A stretch of 64,000 nucleotides of DNA from Burkholderiales bacterium (GTDB lineage: Bacteria > Pseudomonadota > Gammaproteobacteria > Burkholderiales > Burkholderiaceae_C): positions 231,068 through 295,067 of the forward strand of contig QBMB01000001.1 of the NCBI GenBank assembly GCA_003241965.1, given 5' to 3'. The translations under genes and the position numbers were made by a program. The notes beneath the pieces are model-generated. The model was not told where the DNA came from, did no database searches, and saw nothing but the letters and a program-made list of their open reading frames with translations. The stretch's first letter is position 1. Each line of letters opens with the position of its first letter. Of this stretch, positions 53,557 to 63,170 are shown piece by piece.

Positions 53557-54854
53557 TGTCCAAGCCGGAGATCGTCGCCATCGGCGGCGCCCAGCTCGTC
53601 GTAGGGCTGATGTGGCAACCCCTCTCGGGGTCAAACACGGGCGAGCGACAAGCCGAAGTCAAGGGCTTCGGCAAGGAACTCGACCTCAACCTGCAGGTGA
53701 TGCACCGGGAGAACCTGTGCGTCGGCCTGGCTAAGGGAAACGCCGGCATCAAGGCCGGAGCGGTATCGCTTGCCGCAGCAATGTCCGACAAGCTCCACGC
53801 TTTGCACGGCGCACGGGACTTCATCCTCGTCGTCGAGCTTGAAGGCGGGCAGTGGTACTACCTCGCCCAAAAGGATGGGGTGATCTTTCCCGATGGGGAC
53901 CAGCTGTACACCTCTGAGGATCTTGCGAAAAGCAGGTTCTTCGAGGACTCAAGCCTCGCAGACTGGGGTCAGATCGTTGTCCCTTCGCATTGGGGCGTGT
54001 CGGGTTCGCTTGACGTTCCTGAGATTGAGGACGTTCTGCCATTCAAGGGCAAGGGCAAAGCAAAACTGAATGCCCCCAAACAGTGGAAGCTGACGGCCAT
54101 CAGCGTCAGCCCAGCCCAGTTTGTCCGTGAGCACGCAACCTCTTTGGTGATCATCGTTGCCGCTATCGGCACCATCGTGATCGGAATGGACCAGCTCAAG
54201 GCTTGGCAGCAACAGAAAGCAATTGCCGAGGCAGCTCGTGTGGCCGCAGAACTGGCCGCGATGCAGGAAAAGGAACTCCCTCGGCCGCGTCCTTGGGGTG
54301 AGATTCCTCACGCATCGGATCTGATGCGCGCCTGCATGCGCACGGTGGGCAGCGTGCATCTTTTCCCGGGCAACTGGGACTTGCTGGGCGTGCACTGCGG
54401 CGGTGGGGTGATGACCGTTTCGTGGAAGCCGCGCCCATACGGCTGGATCGAGCACTTGAAGCAAGTTGTTCCTGATGTGGTGATCGCCACAGATGGAAGC
54501 CTCGCTTCGACCACAAAGCCGTTGCCGCAGTTGCGTACTCCCACCGACGAAGACGTGTTCACGGCAAATGAACGCATGGTGGCCATGTACGCGGCGGCAC
54601 AGCGGTACGGCGTCAAGTTCACGGCAACCCCACCGGTGACCAACACAGTTCAGGCGCTACCCGGTCAGGGCGCTGCGCCAGGCCAAGAGCAGCTGTGGGA
54701 AGAAATGGGCTGGAAGGCTGAAGGCATCACCTTGCCCGAAGTCGTGATCCAGGCCTTGGATGGCAACGGCTTCCGTCTCAGCGCGATGAACGCGCAGTGG
54801 CGTGACGGTCAATTCGTATGGACGATGGAAGGATCTCAATATGTTCGCAAGTGA
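53556..54854 (+). CDS. pilO: Type IVb pilus accessory protein PilO
   Basis: LVVGLMWQPL N-terminus, central TM, PWGEIP; position after pilN. Confidence 0.82.
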   Translation: MSKPEIVAIGGAQLVVGLMWQPLSGSNTGERQAEVKGFGKELDLNLQVMHRENLCVGLAKGNAGIKAGAVSLAAAMSDKLHALHGARDFILVVELEGGQWYYLAQKDGVIFPDGDQLYTSEDLAKSRFFEDSSLADWGQIVVPSHWGVSGSLDVPEIEDVLPFKGKGKAKLNAPKQWKLTAISVSPAQFVREHATSLVIIVAAIGTIVIGMDQLKAWQQQKAIAEAARVAAELAAMQEKELPRPRPWGEIPHASDLMRACMRTVGSVHLFPGNWDLLGVHCGGGVMTVSWKPRPYGWIEHLKQVVPDVVIATDGSLASTTKPLPQLRTPTDEDVFTANERMVAMYAAAQRYGVKFTATPPVTNTVQALPGQGAAPGQEQLWEEMGWKAEGITLPEVVIQALDGNGFRLSAMNAQWRDGQFVWTMEGSQYVRK

Positions 54855-55476
54855 CTCTCTGCGCTCGGCTGTTGCCGTGGCTGCTCTTCTTCTGATTGGC
54901 TCGACCGCCACGGCGCAAAGCGCTGCGACTGGCGCCAACGCAGTTCCTGCCGATTTGGTCCAGGCTGCTCAGCAGCGTCTAGTTGTCCCGACTGCACCCG
55001 CTTTGGTTGTAGCAACTCCCGCACCTCCCGCACCTGCGACTCCTCCAGCCATGCGCAACAGCGTGTCTGCCAGTGAGATTGCTCTCATCAACGAGCGGAT
55101 GAGCGTCATGCAAGCCTCGCTGGCTGAACTGGAGCTGCAGGTGAAGATGGCCACGAAAAGGGACGAGTTGCGCAAGCTGAACTCCGGCCCGATCGTCGCT
55201 GACGATGGCTTCACCCCCTCCGTGGTCGAAATCGGCGGTATGGACGGCAAGCTCACTGCGAATCTGATGATGCAGGGCGGCAACGTCCAGGCCGTCCGGG
55301 TTGGCGACCGCATCGGCGGTTGGCAGATCAAGGACATCACCATCGATTCCCTCACGATGGTCAAGGGCAAAGAGAGCAAACGCCTCGCCTTCGGCACGGC
55401 CGTCGCAACGCCTCAAATGGCCACCCCGCCCATTCCAGGCGCGCCCATGCAGGCTCCGGTTCCGTTCATGCGCTAA
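54841..55476 (+). CDS. pilP: Type IVb pilus protein PilP
   Basis: Signal peptide, coiled coil, PSVVEIGG...GGWQIKDI beta domain. Confidence 0.8.
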   Translation: MFASDSLRSAVAVAALLLIGSTATAQSAATGANAVPADLVQAAQQRLVVPTAPALVVATPAPPAPATPPAMRNSVSASEIALINERMSVMQASLAELELQVKMATKRDELRKLNSGPIVADDGFTPSVVEIGGMDGKLTANLMMQGGNVQAVRVGDRIGGWQIKDITIDSLTMVKGKESKRLAFGTAVATPQMATPPIPGAPMQAPVPFMR

Positions 55477-55524
55477 GCCGAACGCAGCCATTGAAAACAG
55501 CAACAAAACCGGAGTGAACCCGAG

Positions 55525-57021
55525 ATGAAAGTGCTTACGGCCAAAGGTGGGGAGATCACGATCTCTGACGAGCTCAGGGCAATCGTGGCCCTGTTGGACG
55601 ATGGTCGTCTGATGGTGTCGAAATCCCATGTGTTCAACCCGCACGTGCGCGGCTTCATGGGGCGTCTGACCCACCTCAAGCGTGAGTACTCCGTGTGTCA
55701 GTGCGACCTCGCGGTGATCGCCGGCTTCTACGAGAACTCGGTCACCTCGGAGTCGCACTCCAACATGCAGGTGACAGCGATGCAGCTGTTCGACCGCGCA
55801 GTGGAGGCACGGGCCTCGGACATCCATATCCGTGTCAGTTCACGTACACGCACGCAGATCCTCTTCCGCATTCACAACGACCTGACGTTCATCGAAGAGC
55901 ACACCTTCGATTTCGGCGACCAGCTGTGCACCACCATCTTCCAGGCGATGGCTGATGTGTCCGATGCCACCTTCGAGAAGATGTCGCGTCAGGACGCCCG
56001 CATTTCCGAGAAAGGCAAGATCCCCGCCAATCTGGACGGCATTCGTATCGCGACTTCCCCCCAGGTGGATGGTTACATCGTCGTGCTGCGACTGCTCTAC
56101 AACGATGCTGCGAAGGACTTGGATCTTGGTCGACTGGGCTTCGATTCCATCCAGTCGGCTGCGGTCGAGAACCTGAAGAAGAAGCCGACAGGGGTGGTGT
56201 TGATCGGCGGGCCGACTGGTTCAGGCAAGTCCACCACCCTCCAACGCATCCTCAGCTCGATCATTGCGTCGTGCCATGGACGGAAGCATGTCATCACCGT
56301 CGAGGATCCACCTGAATATCCCATCGTCGGAGCAGTGCAGACCCCCGTCACCAACATGGAGTCGGAAGAGGATCGTTCCCGCGAGTATCAGAAAGCCATC
56401 AAGGCAGCGATGCGCTTGGACCCGGACATCATCATGTTGTCCGAGATTCGCGACAACCCCACCGGACGTCTTGCGATCCAGGCGGCCATGACTGGCCACC
56501 AGGTCTGGACCACGGTCCACGCCAACAACGCTCTGGCCATCATTGACCGCTTGGTGGACCTGGGCGTGAGCCAGCCGTTGATCACCGACCCGACCATCGT
56601 TGCAGGGCTGGTCTGCCAGCGCCTTGTGAAGCAGTTGTGCCCGCACTGCCGTCGTCCCCTCACCGATCACATCCACGAGTTCGAGCCGCGCACGCAGGAG
56701 CGCTTCATGCGTGTCCTCAACGTCGACACCGTGTTCGTCCGCGGCGAGGGCTGTGCCCATTGCAAGAACAGCGGAACGCTCGGAAGGACCGTGGTCGCAG
56801 AAGTCATCGTCACGGATGACCGTCTCATGAGCTACCTCCGCGCGAATGACCGGATGGCCGCCCAGGAGTACATCACCAAGGAGTTGGGTGTCATCTCCAT
56901 GCTGGAACACGCCATCCAGAAGATCAACGAAGGCCTCGTAGATCCGCTTCAAGCTGAAGAGGTTGTAGGGCCGCTCGCTGAGATCACCACTGAACCTGAA
57001 CGCCTCGCGCTGGTGGCCTGA
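55525..57021 (+). CDS. pilQ: Type IVb pilus assembly ATPase (PilQ/BfpD/TcpT-like)
   Basis: ASDIHI, GPTGSGKSTT, TVEDPPE, MRLDPD, TGHQVWTTVHA, CPHC...CAHC. Confidence 0.93.
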   Translation: MKVLTAKGGEITISDELRAIVALLDDGRLMVSKSHVFNPHVRGFMGRLTHLKREYSVCQCDLAVIAGFYENSVTSESHSNMQVTAMQLFDRAVEARASDIHIRVSSRTRTQILFRIHNDLTFIEEHTFDFGDQLCTTIFQAMADVSDATFEKMSRQDARISEKGKIPANLDGIRIATSPQVDGYIVVLRLLYNDAAKDLDLGRLGFDSIQSAAVENLKKKPTGVVLIGGPTGSGKSTTLQRILSSIIASCHGRKHVITVEDPPEYPIVGAVQTPVTNMESEEDRSREYQKAIKAAMRLDPDIIMLSEIRDNPTGRLAIQAAMTGHQVWTTVHANNALAIIDRLVDLGVSQPLITDPTIVAGLVCQRLVKQLCPHCRRPLTDHIHEFEPRTQERFMRVLNVDTVFVRGEGCAHCKNSGTLGRTVVAEVIVTDDRLMSYLRANDRMAAQEYITKELGVISMLEHAIQKINEGLVDPLQAEEVVGPLAEITTEPERLALVA

Positions 57022-57022
57022 C

Positions 57023-58102
57023 ATGAACGATTTTGAAGTCAAGTTTTCGCGATTCATGTTCAAGCGCGATTCCGCGCAGCGTCGCCGCCTCTATCAGAAG
57101 CTCGCCAAGCTGCTGGGCAACGGGGTTCAGATCATCGACGCGCTGCAAACCATGCAGGAACGTCGCGTGATTCTGAAGAGCGCCAAAGACCCGGTAGCTG
57201 TGGCACTCGCCGAGTGGATCAGGAAGCTGCGCAACGGAGCGCGCCTGTCGGTGGCCATAGATGGCTGGGTGGGGACGGATGAGCAGATGTTGATTTCGGC
57301 TGGCGAGCAGTCCGGCAACATCGACGCCGCGTTGGTCTCCACAGCCGAGATCATGGAAGCGAAGAAGAAGATTCGCAGCGCAGTGATTGGCGGTCTTGCT
57401 TACCCCGGCTTCATGATGATCATTGCGTTCGCGGTGCTGATCATGTTCAGCTACAAGATCATTCCTGAGTTCTCTCAGGTGGTGCCCTACGAGAAGTGGC
57501 GGGGCCTGGCCAAGGCCATGGTCGACTTTGCAAACTTCACGCGTACCTGGATGTTTGCCATTGCCGGGGCGCCAGTGCTGTTGATCACCGCATTCATGCT
57601 GAGCCTGCCACGGTGGAAAGACGGGCTTCGGATCACGCTCGACAGGTACATGCCTTTCAGCGTGTATCGCATGCTTCACGGCAGCACCTGGATGATCTCG
57701 TTCGCATCCCTGGTGTCCGCCGGCGTTCGACTTGAGAACGCGCTGGGCCAACTCATGGAAGGAGCGTCCCCATGGATGCAAGTCCGAATCCAAGCTTGCC
57801 TGCGCGGTATGCGCTCAGGCTTGAACCCCGGTGATGCCCTGGCGCGCTCTGGCTACGGATTTCCCGATGCAGAAATCATCGATGACCTCGGCGTCTACGC
57901 GAAGTTGTCTGGTTTTGACGTAGCTCTCGGGATCATCGGTCGCGATTGGATCACCGAGTCCGTCGAGCGAATCCAAATGATGATGAAAGTCATCTTTGGT
58001 GCCAGTGTCCTCATGGTCGGCTTGTTCATTGCCCTCATGGTGGGCGGCCTCATCGGGATGGAGCTGCAGATGACCCAGATCATGCAAGGCACCTACCGGT
58101 AA
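57023..58102 (+). CDS. pilR: Type IVb pilus platform protein PilR (T2SS F family)
   Basis: LLGNGVQI, AGEQSG, AYP..TM helices. Confidence 0.9.
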   Translation: MNDFEVKFSRFMFKRDSAQRRRLYQKLAKLLGNGVQIIDALQTMQERRVILKSAKDPVAVALAEWIRKLRNGARLSVAIDGWVGTDEQMLISAGEQSGNIDAALVSTAEIMEAKKKIRSAVIGGLAYPGFMMIIAFAVLIMFSYKIIPEFSQVVPYEKWRGLAKAMVDFANFTRTWMFAIAGAPVLLITAFMLSLPRWKDGLRITLDRYMPFSVYRMLHGSTWMISFASLVSAGVRLENALGQLMEGASPWMQVRIQACLRGMRSGLNPGDALARSGYGFPDAEIIDDLGVYAKLSGFDVALGIIGRDWITESVERIQMMMKVIFGASVLMVGLFIALMVGGLIGMELQMTQIMQGTYR

Positions 58103-58159
58103 TCACCTCAACCTTAACCACAACGATTTCGTCAACCTGACCTTCAACGGAGAACCTCA

Positions 58160-58699
58160 ATGAAAACCAACCTGAACAACAAACGCTTCAAGAAACAAGC
58201 CGGCGTCACGCTGATGGAACTGATCGCGGGTCTGTCCGTGATGGCAGTGGTGGTGGTTGGTTCGCTGTCCCTGTACAACAGCGCGACCAGCTCCCAGCAG
58301 ACCACGCAGCTGACCCAAGACATGTCGGCTGTGCGCGCCGCCGTGAAGCAGATGTGGCAAGGCCAGGGCAGCTTCGGTGCCAACGGCACGAACCTGAACA
58401 ACGTGCTGGTCACGGCCCGCAAGGTGCCGACAACTATTCGCGTCGACACCACCTCCAACCCCAACACCCTCACGCACGCAGCCAACGGCACGATGAACAT
58501 CACCTCGGCCGTGACCACCTTCGACGTGGCCGTGACCAACATCGATGAGTCTTTGTGCATCCCGTTGCTCACTGGGGCTCAAGGCTGGACCAGCGTGACC
58601 GTGGCGGGTAGCGCAGCGATTACTACCTTCCCGATTGCACCGGCAGTTGCTTCGACGGCTTGCGCGACGGGAACCGTGGTCACTTTCCGCGGCAACTAA
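58160..58699 (+). CDS. pilS: Type IVb major prepilin PilS
   Basis: Basic leader ...KKQAG|VTLMELI (Glu5); C-terminal Cys pair (LCIPL...AC). Confidence 0.9.
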   Translation: MKTNLNNKRFKKQAGVTLMELIAGLSVMAVVVVGSLSLYNSATSSQQTTQLTQDMSAVRAAVKQMWQGQGSFGANGTNLNNVLVTARKVPTTIRVDTTSNPNTLTHAANGTMNITSAVTTFDVAVTNIDESLCIPLLTGAQGWTSVTVAGSAAITTFPIAPAVASTACATGTVVTFRGN

Positions 58700-58776
58700 C
58701 CCATTGCCTTGGACCCGGGGTCGGGCTGCCGAGTGTGCGGCCCCGGGCGATTCACACGCTCCATCAGGAAAGATCA

Positions 58777-59745
58777 ATGCTTCAGAACCACAAGGTCAAA
58801 GACATCTACCTCGGCAAGGACAACGCATGGCTCTCCGGTATTCCGGGCACCAAGGATCCAGTGCTGGCACCTGCAGACTGCAAGGACGAGCTCGTCGAGC
58901 TTCGCGCTCTGTGCGAAAAGCTCCTGGAAGAGACGGGACGCGAGGAGTACACGGTGCGCTGCCGTGACGTTGCCTACAGGGCATCCGTGCTCAAGTCGAT
59001 CAACGAGGTGATCTTCGTCCTGAGGCGCATTCCAGCCAAGATTCCCACACCAGAAGACCTCAGCATTCACCCGGCCTACGTCGAGATGCTGATGCGTCCG
59101 GGAATGACCGGGCTGTTTGTTGTTGCAGGCCCTTTTGGGCAAGGCAAAACGACAAGCGTTGCTTCGCTGATGGCGGCGCGCCTCATCAAGTTCGGTGGTG
59201 TGGGTGTGACGGTTGAAGACCCACCTGAAATGCCGTTGGAAGGCCAACACGGGGAGGGTGTGTGCTACCAGACGGCCGTGGAGGATGGCAAGTTTCTCGA
59301 AGCATGCCGCAAGACCGCCCGTTTCGCGCCCACCATCATCTTCATTGGCGAGATTCGCGATGCTGACACGGCAGTTGAAGCGCTGCGTGCTTCCATCAAC
59401 GGCAGTTTGGTCATGTGCACGGTGCATGCCGACTCCGTATCGATGGCCATCGAGCGGCTGTACTCGTTGGCCAACGCCGCGATCGGAAGCCCGGATGACA
59501 CATCGAGCACGTTGGCAAACGGCCTACTGGCGGTCATGCACCAGCGCTTGGAAGGGGAGCCGCGTAAACCAAAGCTGGAGTTCCTGTGGCTGGGCGACCA
59601 GGATGCACAGGGCATTCGCAACACCATCCGTCAACGCCGTTTCGAGCAGGTCGGCAGCGAGGTCCAGCTACAGCGCAACCGCTTGATGGTCAGGCCGCGT
59701 CCGACCAGCGATGGCCAGGATCATCGTGTTCCCATGAGAGGCTGA
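58777..59745 (+). CDS. PilT/PilU-like ATPase 1
   Basis: AGPFGQGKTT, TVEDPPE, FIGEIRD, GSLVMCTVHA. Confidence 0.85.
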   Translation: MLQNHKVKDIYLGKDNAWLSGIPGTKDPVLAPADCKDELVELRALCEKLLEETGREEYTVRCRDVAYRASVLKSINEVIFVLRRIPAKIPTPEDLSIHPAYVEMLMRPGMTGLFVVAGPFGQGKTTSVASLMAARLIKFGGVGVTVEDPPEMPLEGQHGEGVCYQTAVEDGKFLEACRKTARFAPTIIFIGEIRDADTAVEALRASINGSLVMCTVHADSVSMAIERLYSLANAAIGSPDDTSSTLANGLLAVMHQRLEGEPRKPKLEFLWLGDQDAQGIRNTIRQRRFEQVGSEVQLQRNRLMVRPRPTSDGQDHRVPMRG

Positions 59746-59746
59746 G

Positions 59747-60205
59747 ATGGTCCCGCTCTGGATCAGTGCTGTCTTTCTGGCTCTTGTGACGTTCTACGTC
59801 AGCCAGGATCTGCCTCGCAAGGAAGCCGCACAGGTCGCAGCCGTCGCGGACGTGTCGGCCACCAATCTGCTCGCCTATCGCTCAGCCGTTCAGGCCTTCC
59901 TAACTGCCAATCCAGCGGTGACCGGAACGATTGACGATGCCTCTCTTGCGGCCCACTGGCTCCCCGGCTATGTGAGGCGCCCTGAGTGGACGAACCTGGT
60001 TGCAGCCGGAACAGTGTTCGTCTACTCAACCGCCGTGATGAGCAACGGCACTGTTTTTGCGCTGAGAGAGAAGTCTGGCGAGTCCTTACTCGTGGGGACC
60101 AAGAACACTTCAACTGGACGCCTTCAATCGGCTATTGGTTTCGACACTGGAATCAACCTACCTGCGGCCATCCCGAGCGGCGCCGTTGTCATGATGGGCC
60201 GATAA
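59747..60205 (+). CDS. pilM: Type IVb pilus protein PilM
   Basis: N-terminal TM, LAYRSAV..F, WLPGY..PEW.N pattern. Confidence 0.8.
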   Translation: MVPLWISAVFLALVTFYVSQDLPRKEAAQVAAVADVSATNLLAYRSAVQAFLTANPAVTGTIDDASLAAHWLPGYVRRPEWTNLVAAGTVFVYSTAVMSNGTVFALREKSGESLLVGTKNTSTGRLQSAIGFDTGINLPAAIPSGAVVMMGR

Positions 60206-60209
60206 AGCT

Positions 60210-61268
60210 ATGAAAATCAAGCAACACATTGAATCCATCCTCGCGTCCGCAGAGATGTTCACCGACATCATGATGCAGTCCGATGCGCCCATCATGCTGA
60301 AGACTCCCCGCGGCTGGATGCCAGCTAGCGTGTCGGATGTCCCGACGTATGAAGAACTCCAGTCCTTCTTGCAGTCGCTGGACGAGAACTGGGAAGCAGA
60401 GATCGTCAAGGGCGAGATCAACCGCCCGTATGTGATGGGCACAAGCCGGTTGCGCGTGAACGCCTACCTGGCATCGGCAGGAGAGCGACTGATGCTGTCC
60501 ATTCGCCGGATTCCCGAGACCACCCCCTCGCTTCAAGAGAGTGGGCTTCCGGCGTCACTGCGCGTGATCCTCGACAACCCGTCGGGCCTGTTCTTGATCT
60601 CTGGGCCCACGGGATCAGGCAAGACCACCACGATGGCCGCCATGGTCGACGCGATCAACGCCATGAAGAACGCACACGTGGTCACCATTGAGGAGCCGAT
60701 TGAATATGTCTTCGAGCGCAAGAAGGCGATCTTTTCCCAGCGGGAGGTGGGGGTCGACTGCGATTCGTTCCGTGACGGTGTGAAAGCCGCCATGCGCCAA
60801 CGCCCGGATGTGATTGTCATTGGGGAAATTCGCGACCGTGAGACTGCTGAGCAGGCTTTCATTGCGGGCGAGTCCGGCCACCTTGTGATCGGTACGCTGC
60901 ACGCCAGCTCGGCCGTGGGCACCGTCGGGAAGATCCTTTCGTTCTTCAATGACAACGAGCGGGCGGCCCGTCTCCAGTCCCTATCGGGCAGTCTGCTGGC
61001 CATCATCAACCAGACGCTTATCCCCAAGAAGGCTGGTGATGGTTACGCACTGGCCGTGGACTTCATCGCCAACCACAAGCGCGAGTATTCCAAGATCCTG
61101 GGCGAGCCGGATGCGATGCAGAACAAGCTCGACCGTGGCGATGACGGGCTCTCCATCAGCTTGGGCAACTCGGCCATGAAGTTGATTCAGGACAACATCG
61201 TCGGGAAAGCCGATGCGGTCAAGGCAGTCGCTGCAAATGCACATGCGTATGAGCGCGTGCGTGCTTGA
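60210..61268 (+). CDS. PilT/PilU-like ATPase 2
   Basis: RLRVNAY, GPTGSGKTTT, TIEEPIE, QREVG, MRQRPDVIVIGEIRD, SGHLVIGTLHA. Confidence 0.9.
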   Translation: MKIKQHIESILASAEMFTDIMMQSDAPIMLKTPRGWMPASVSDVPTYEELQSFLQSLDENWEAEIVKGEINRPYVMGTSRLRVNAYLASAGERLMLSIRRIPETTPSLQESGLPASLRVILDNPSGLFLISGPTGSGKTTTMAAMVDAINAMKNAHVVTIEEPIEYVFERKKAIFSQREVGVDCDSFRDGVKAAMRQRPDVIVIGEIRDRETAEQAFIAGESGHLVIGTLHASSAVGTVGKILSFFNDNERAARLQSLSGSLLAIINQTLIPKKAGDGYALAVDFIANHKREYSKILGEPDAMQNKLDRGDDGLSISLGNSAMKLIQDNIVGKADAVKAVAANAHAYERVRA

Positions 61269-61410
61269 GGCTTCCAGTCGGAGGTTCTGCACTCCCCCGA
61301 GGTTTGTCAGGGGTCAGAAGGCGTTGTAGCACCGGCGTTGGTGCGTCAACGGGCTATCTACCACTCGAAAGCGGGGGGTGGCAGCTGTCTAAAGCTGCCA
61401 AACTTTATCG

Positions 61411-62985
61411 ATGAGATCCAGATCTACATTCAGTCGGCAGGGAGGGGTGACCCTGTTGGAGCTTTTGCTCTCCCTGAGCATCCTTGCCGGGGTGGTGGCC
61501 GCCGTTTCACGGTTTGCCGCTGACGCAAGCGAAGAGTCCCGCACCAACCTCACGGCGCTCCATGCTCGGACGGTCGGGCAGGCGGCCAGCGCCTACATCA
61601 AGGACAACTACGCCGCGATCACCTCTGTGGCTACCGCCAGCACGCCCGTGCTGATCCGGGTGCCGGAGTTGATCTCGACTGGGTACCTGCCAGCGGGCTA
61701 CTCGGCGACGAATCCACGGCAGCAGGCCACGTGCGTCCTGGTGCTTGAACCTATCCCGAACCGCTTGTCTGGCCTTCTCGTCACTGAGGGGGGCGACGCC
61801 ATCGACGATCTCACGCTCGGCCAGGTCGCTTCGTTGATCGGGGGCGCCGGTGGGGCCATCTATTCGACAGAACCCGGCGTCGTTCGTGGTGCCATGGGAG
61901 GCTTCAACTTCGCCGTTGGGCCCTACGCAAATGCGAACCACGTCAACGGCCGTTGCGACGGGTCAGCGGGCAACATCACGCTGATGCCGGGCCATCCCGT
62001 CATGGCACTGTGGTACGCGGACGCCGCCCAAGGGTCCTCCACGCTCTACCGAGATCAGGTGCCCGGGAACCCGTCACTCAACACCATGAACACACCCATC
62101 CTGATGGGTGCTGGTTCTCATCAGGTGGTCGGGACTGCATGTTCGACCAGCGGTGCCATTGCCAGCAGCGCTTCAGGCGCAGTGCTGGCGTGTGAAAACG
62201 GTGAGTGGAAACCGGGGGGCAGCGCGTTCTGGCAGGACCCAGTGCCCACTTTCGCAAACCTACCCTCATGCAATGCGGCCTCACTTGGGCACACACGCGT
62301 TGTGCACACACCCGCTGTCGGGACTGAGCGTCGCGCGTACACATGCGATGGTGGCGGCACATGGGTCGCGCTGGGCGTGGACAACAATGGCAACTTGACC
62401 GTTCCGGCGACCGTGACAGCCTCACGGGGCCGCTTCTCGCGCGACGCCATTGCGCCTATTGCCGACAGCACCCTTGCTCTGTCTGAGAACACGGGTGTCA
62501 CCGGCCGTCGAGCTGGCATTGCGCTCCACAACGGTGGAGTGTCCGCGGGCAACATCGAATTGGCCGCAAGCGGCAGCAGAAGAACTGTTTTCAGCGACAC
62601 GGCTGGGCTCGGATTGGGCATCGAGGCGACTGGCAACATCCAGACCCACAGGTACTTCCAGGTGGACAGTGTGTCGGTCGAAGGCGCTGCCTGCCCTACG
62701 CCAGGCCTGATTGGGCGCGACGCAACCGGTGGGGTGCTTTCGTGCAAGTCTGGCTTCTGGGCAACCCCGAAGGCTGCGCTGTCATGCATCACAGTGGCCA
62801 GCGCCCAGGCGAACGCGGCGGGCGTGCAGTGCCCAGTTGGACGGACGATGACCGGTGGTGGTTGCGACGGCGGTGTGACCGACCACTACAACACCAGCGT
62901 TCCAAACGGCAACGGGTGGTACTGCGCGAACTGGAAGTACCAAGGGAAGACCGTCACCGCCTATGCCGTCTGCTGTGGATCATGA
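61411..62985 (+). CDS. pilV: PilV-type minor pilin/adhesin 1 (shufflon_N-like domain plus C-terminal Cys-rich tip domain)
   Basis: RQGG|VTLLEL; LYRDQVPGNPSLNTMNTPI; LSCKSGFW; ends YAVCC. Confidence 0.88.
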   Translation: MRSRSTFSRQGGVTLLELLLSLSILAGVVAAVSRFAADASEESRTNLTALHARTVGQAASAYIKDNYAAITSVATASTPVLIRVPELISTGYLPAGYSATNPRQQATCVLVLEPIPNRLSGLLVTEGGDAIDDLTLGQVASLIGGAGGAIYSTEPGVVRGAMGGFNFAVGPYANANHVNGRCDGSAGNITLMPGHPVMALWYADAAQGSSTLYRDQVPGNPSLNTMNTPILMGAGSHQVVGTACSTSGAIASSASGAVLACENGEWKPGGSAFWQDPVPTFANLPSCNAASLGHTRVVHTPAVGTERRAYTCDGGGTWVALGVDNNGNLTVPATVTASRGRFSRDAIAPIADSTLALSENTGVTGRRAGIALHNGGVSAGNIELAASGSRRTVFSDTAGLGLGIEATGNIQTHRYFQVDSVSVEGAACPTPGLIGRDATGGVLSCKSGFWATPKAALSCITVASAQANAAGVQCPVGRTMTGGGCDGGVTDHYNTSVPNGNGWYCANWKYQGKTVTAYAVCCGS

Positions 62986-63170
62986 TGTCGGCGGCAAAAC
63001 ACAGGCGCTTCGGGGGTTCGGGGGTTCGCGATCCTCTGAACGAGGGCTGGCCCATTAGACAACCCAAACGACGCTGCAGCACTCACAAAAAGGCGACCTA
63101 CGTCAGAGCAAAAAACGGTAGCTGCAAATGACGCACTGAGTTTTTGCGTAATGAACTAATAGGCTAGTAC

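Noticed and set aside
62986-63170. Shufflon invertible segments
   Set aside because: Only 185 bp separate the pilV genes, with no alternative C-terminal ORFs or inverted sfx sites; no rci in the window.
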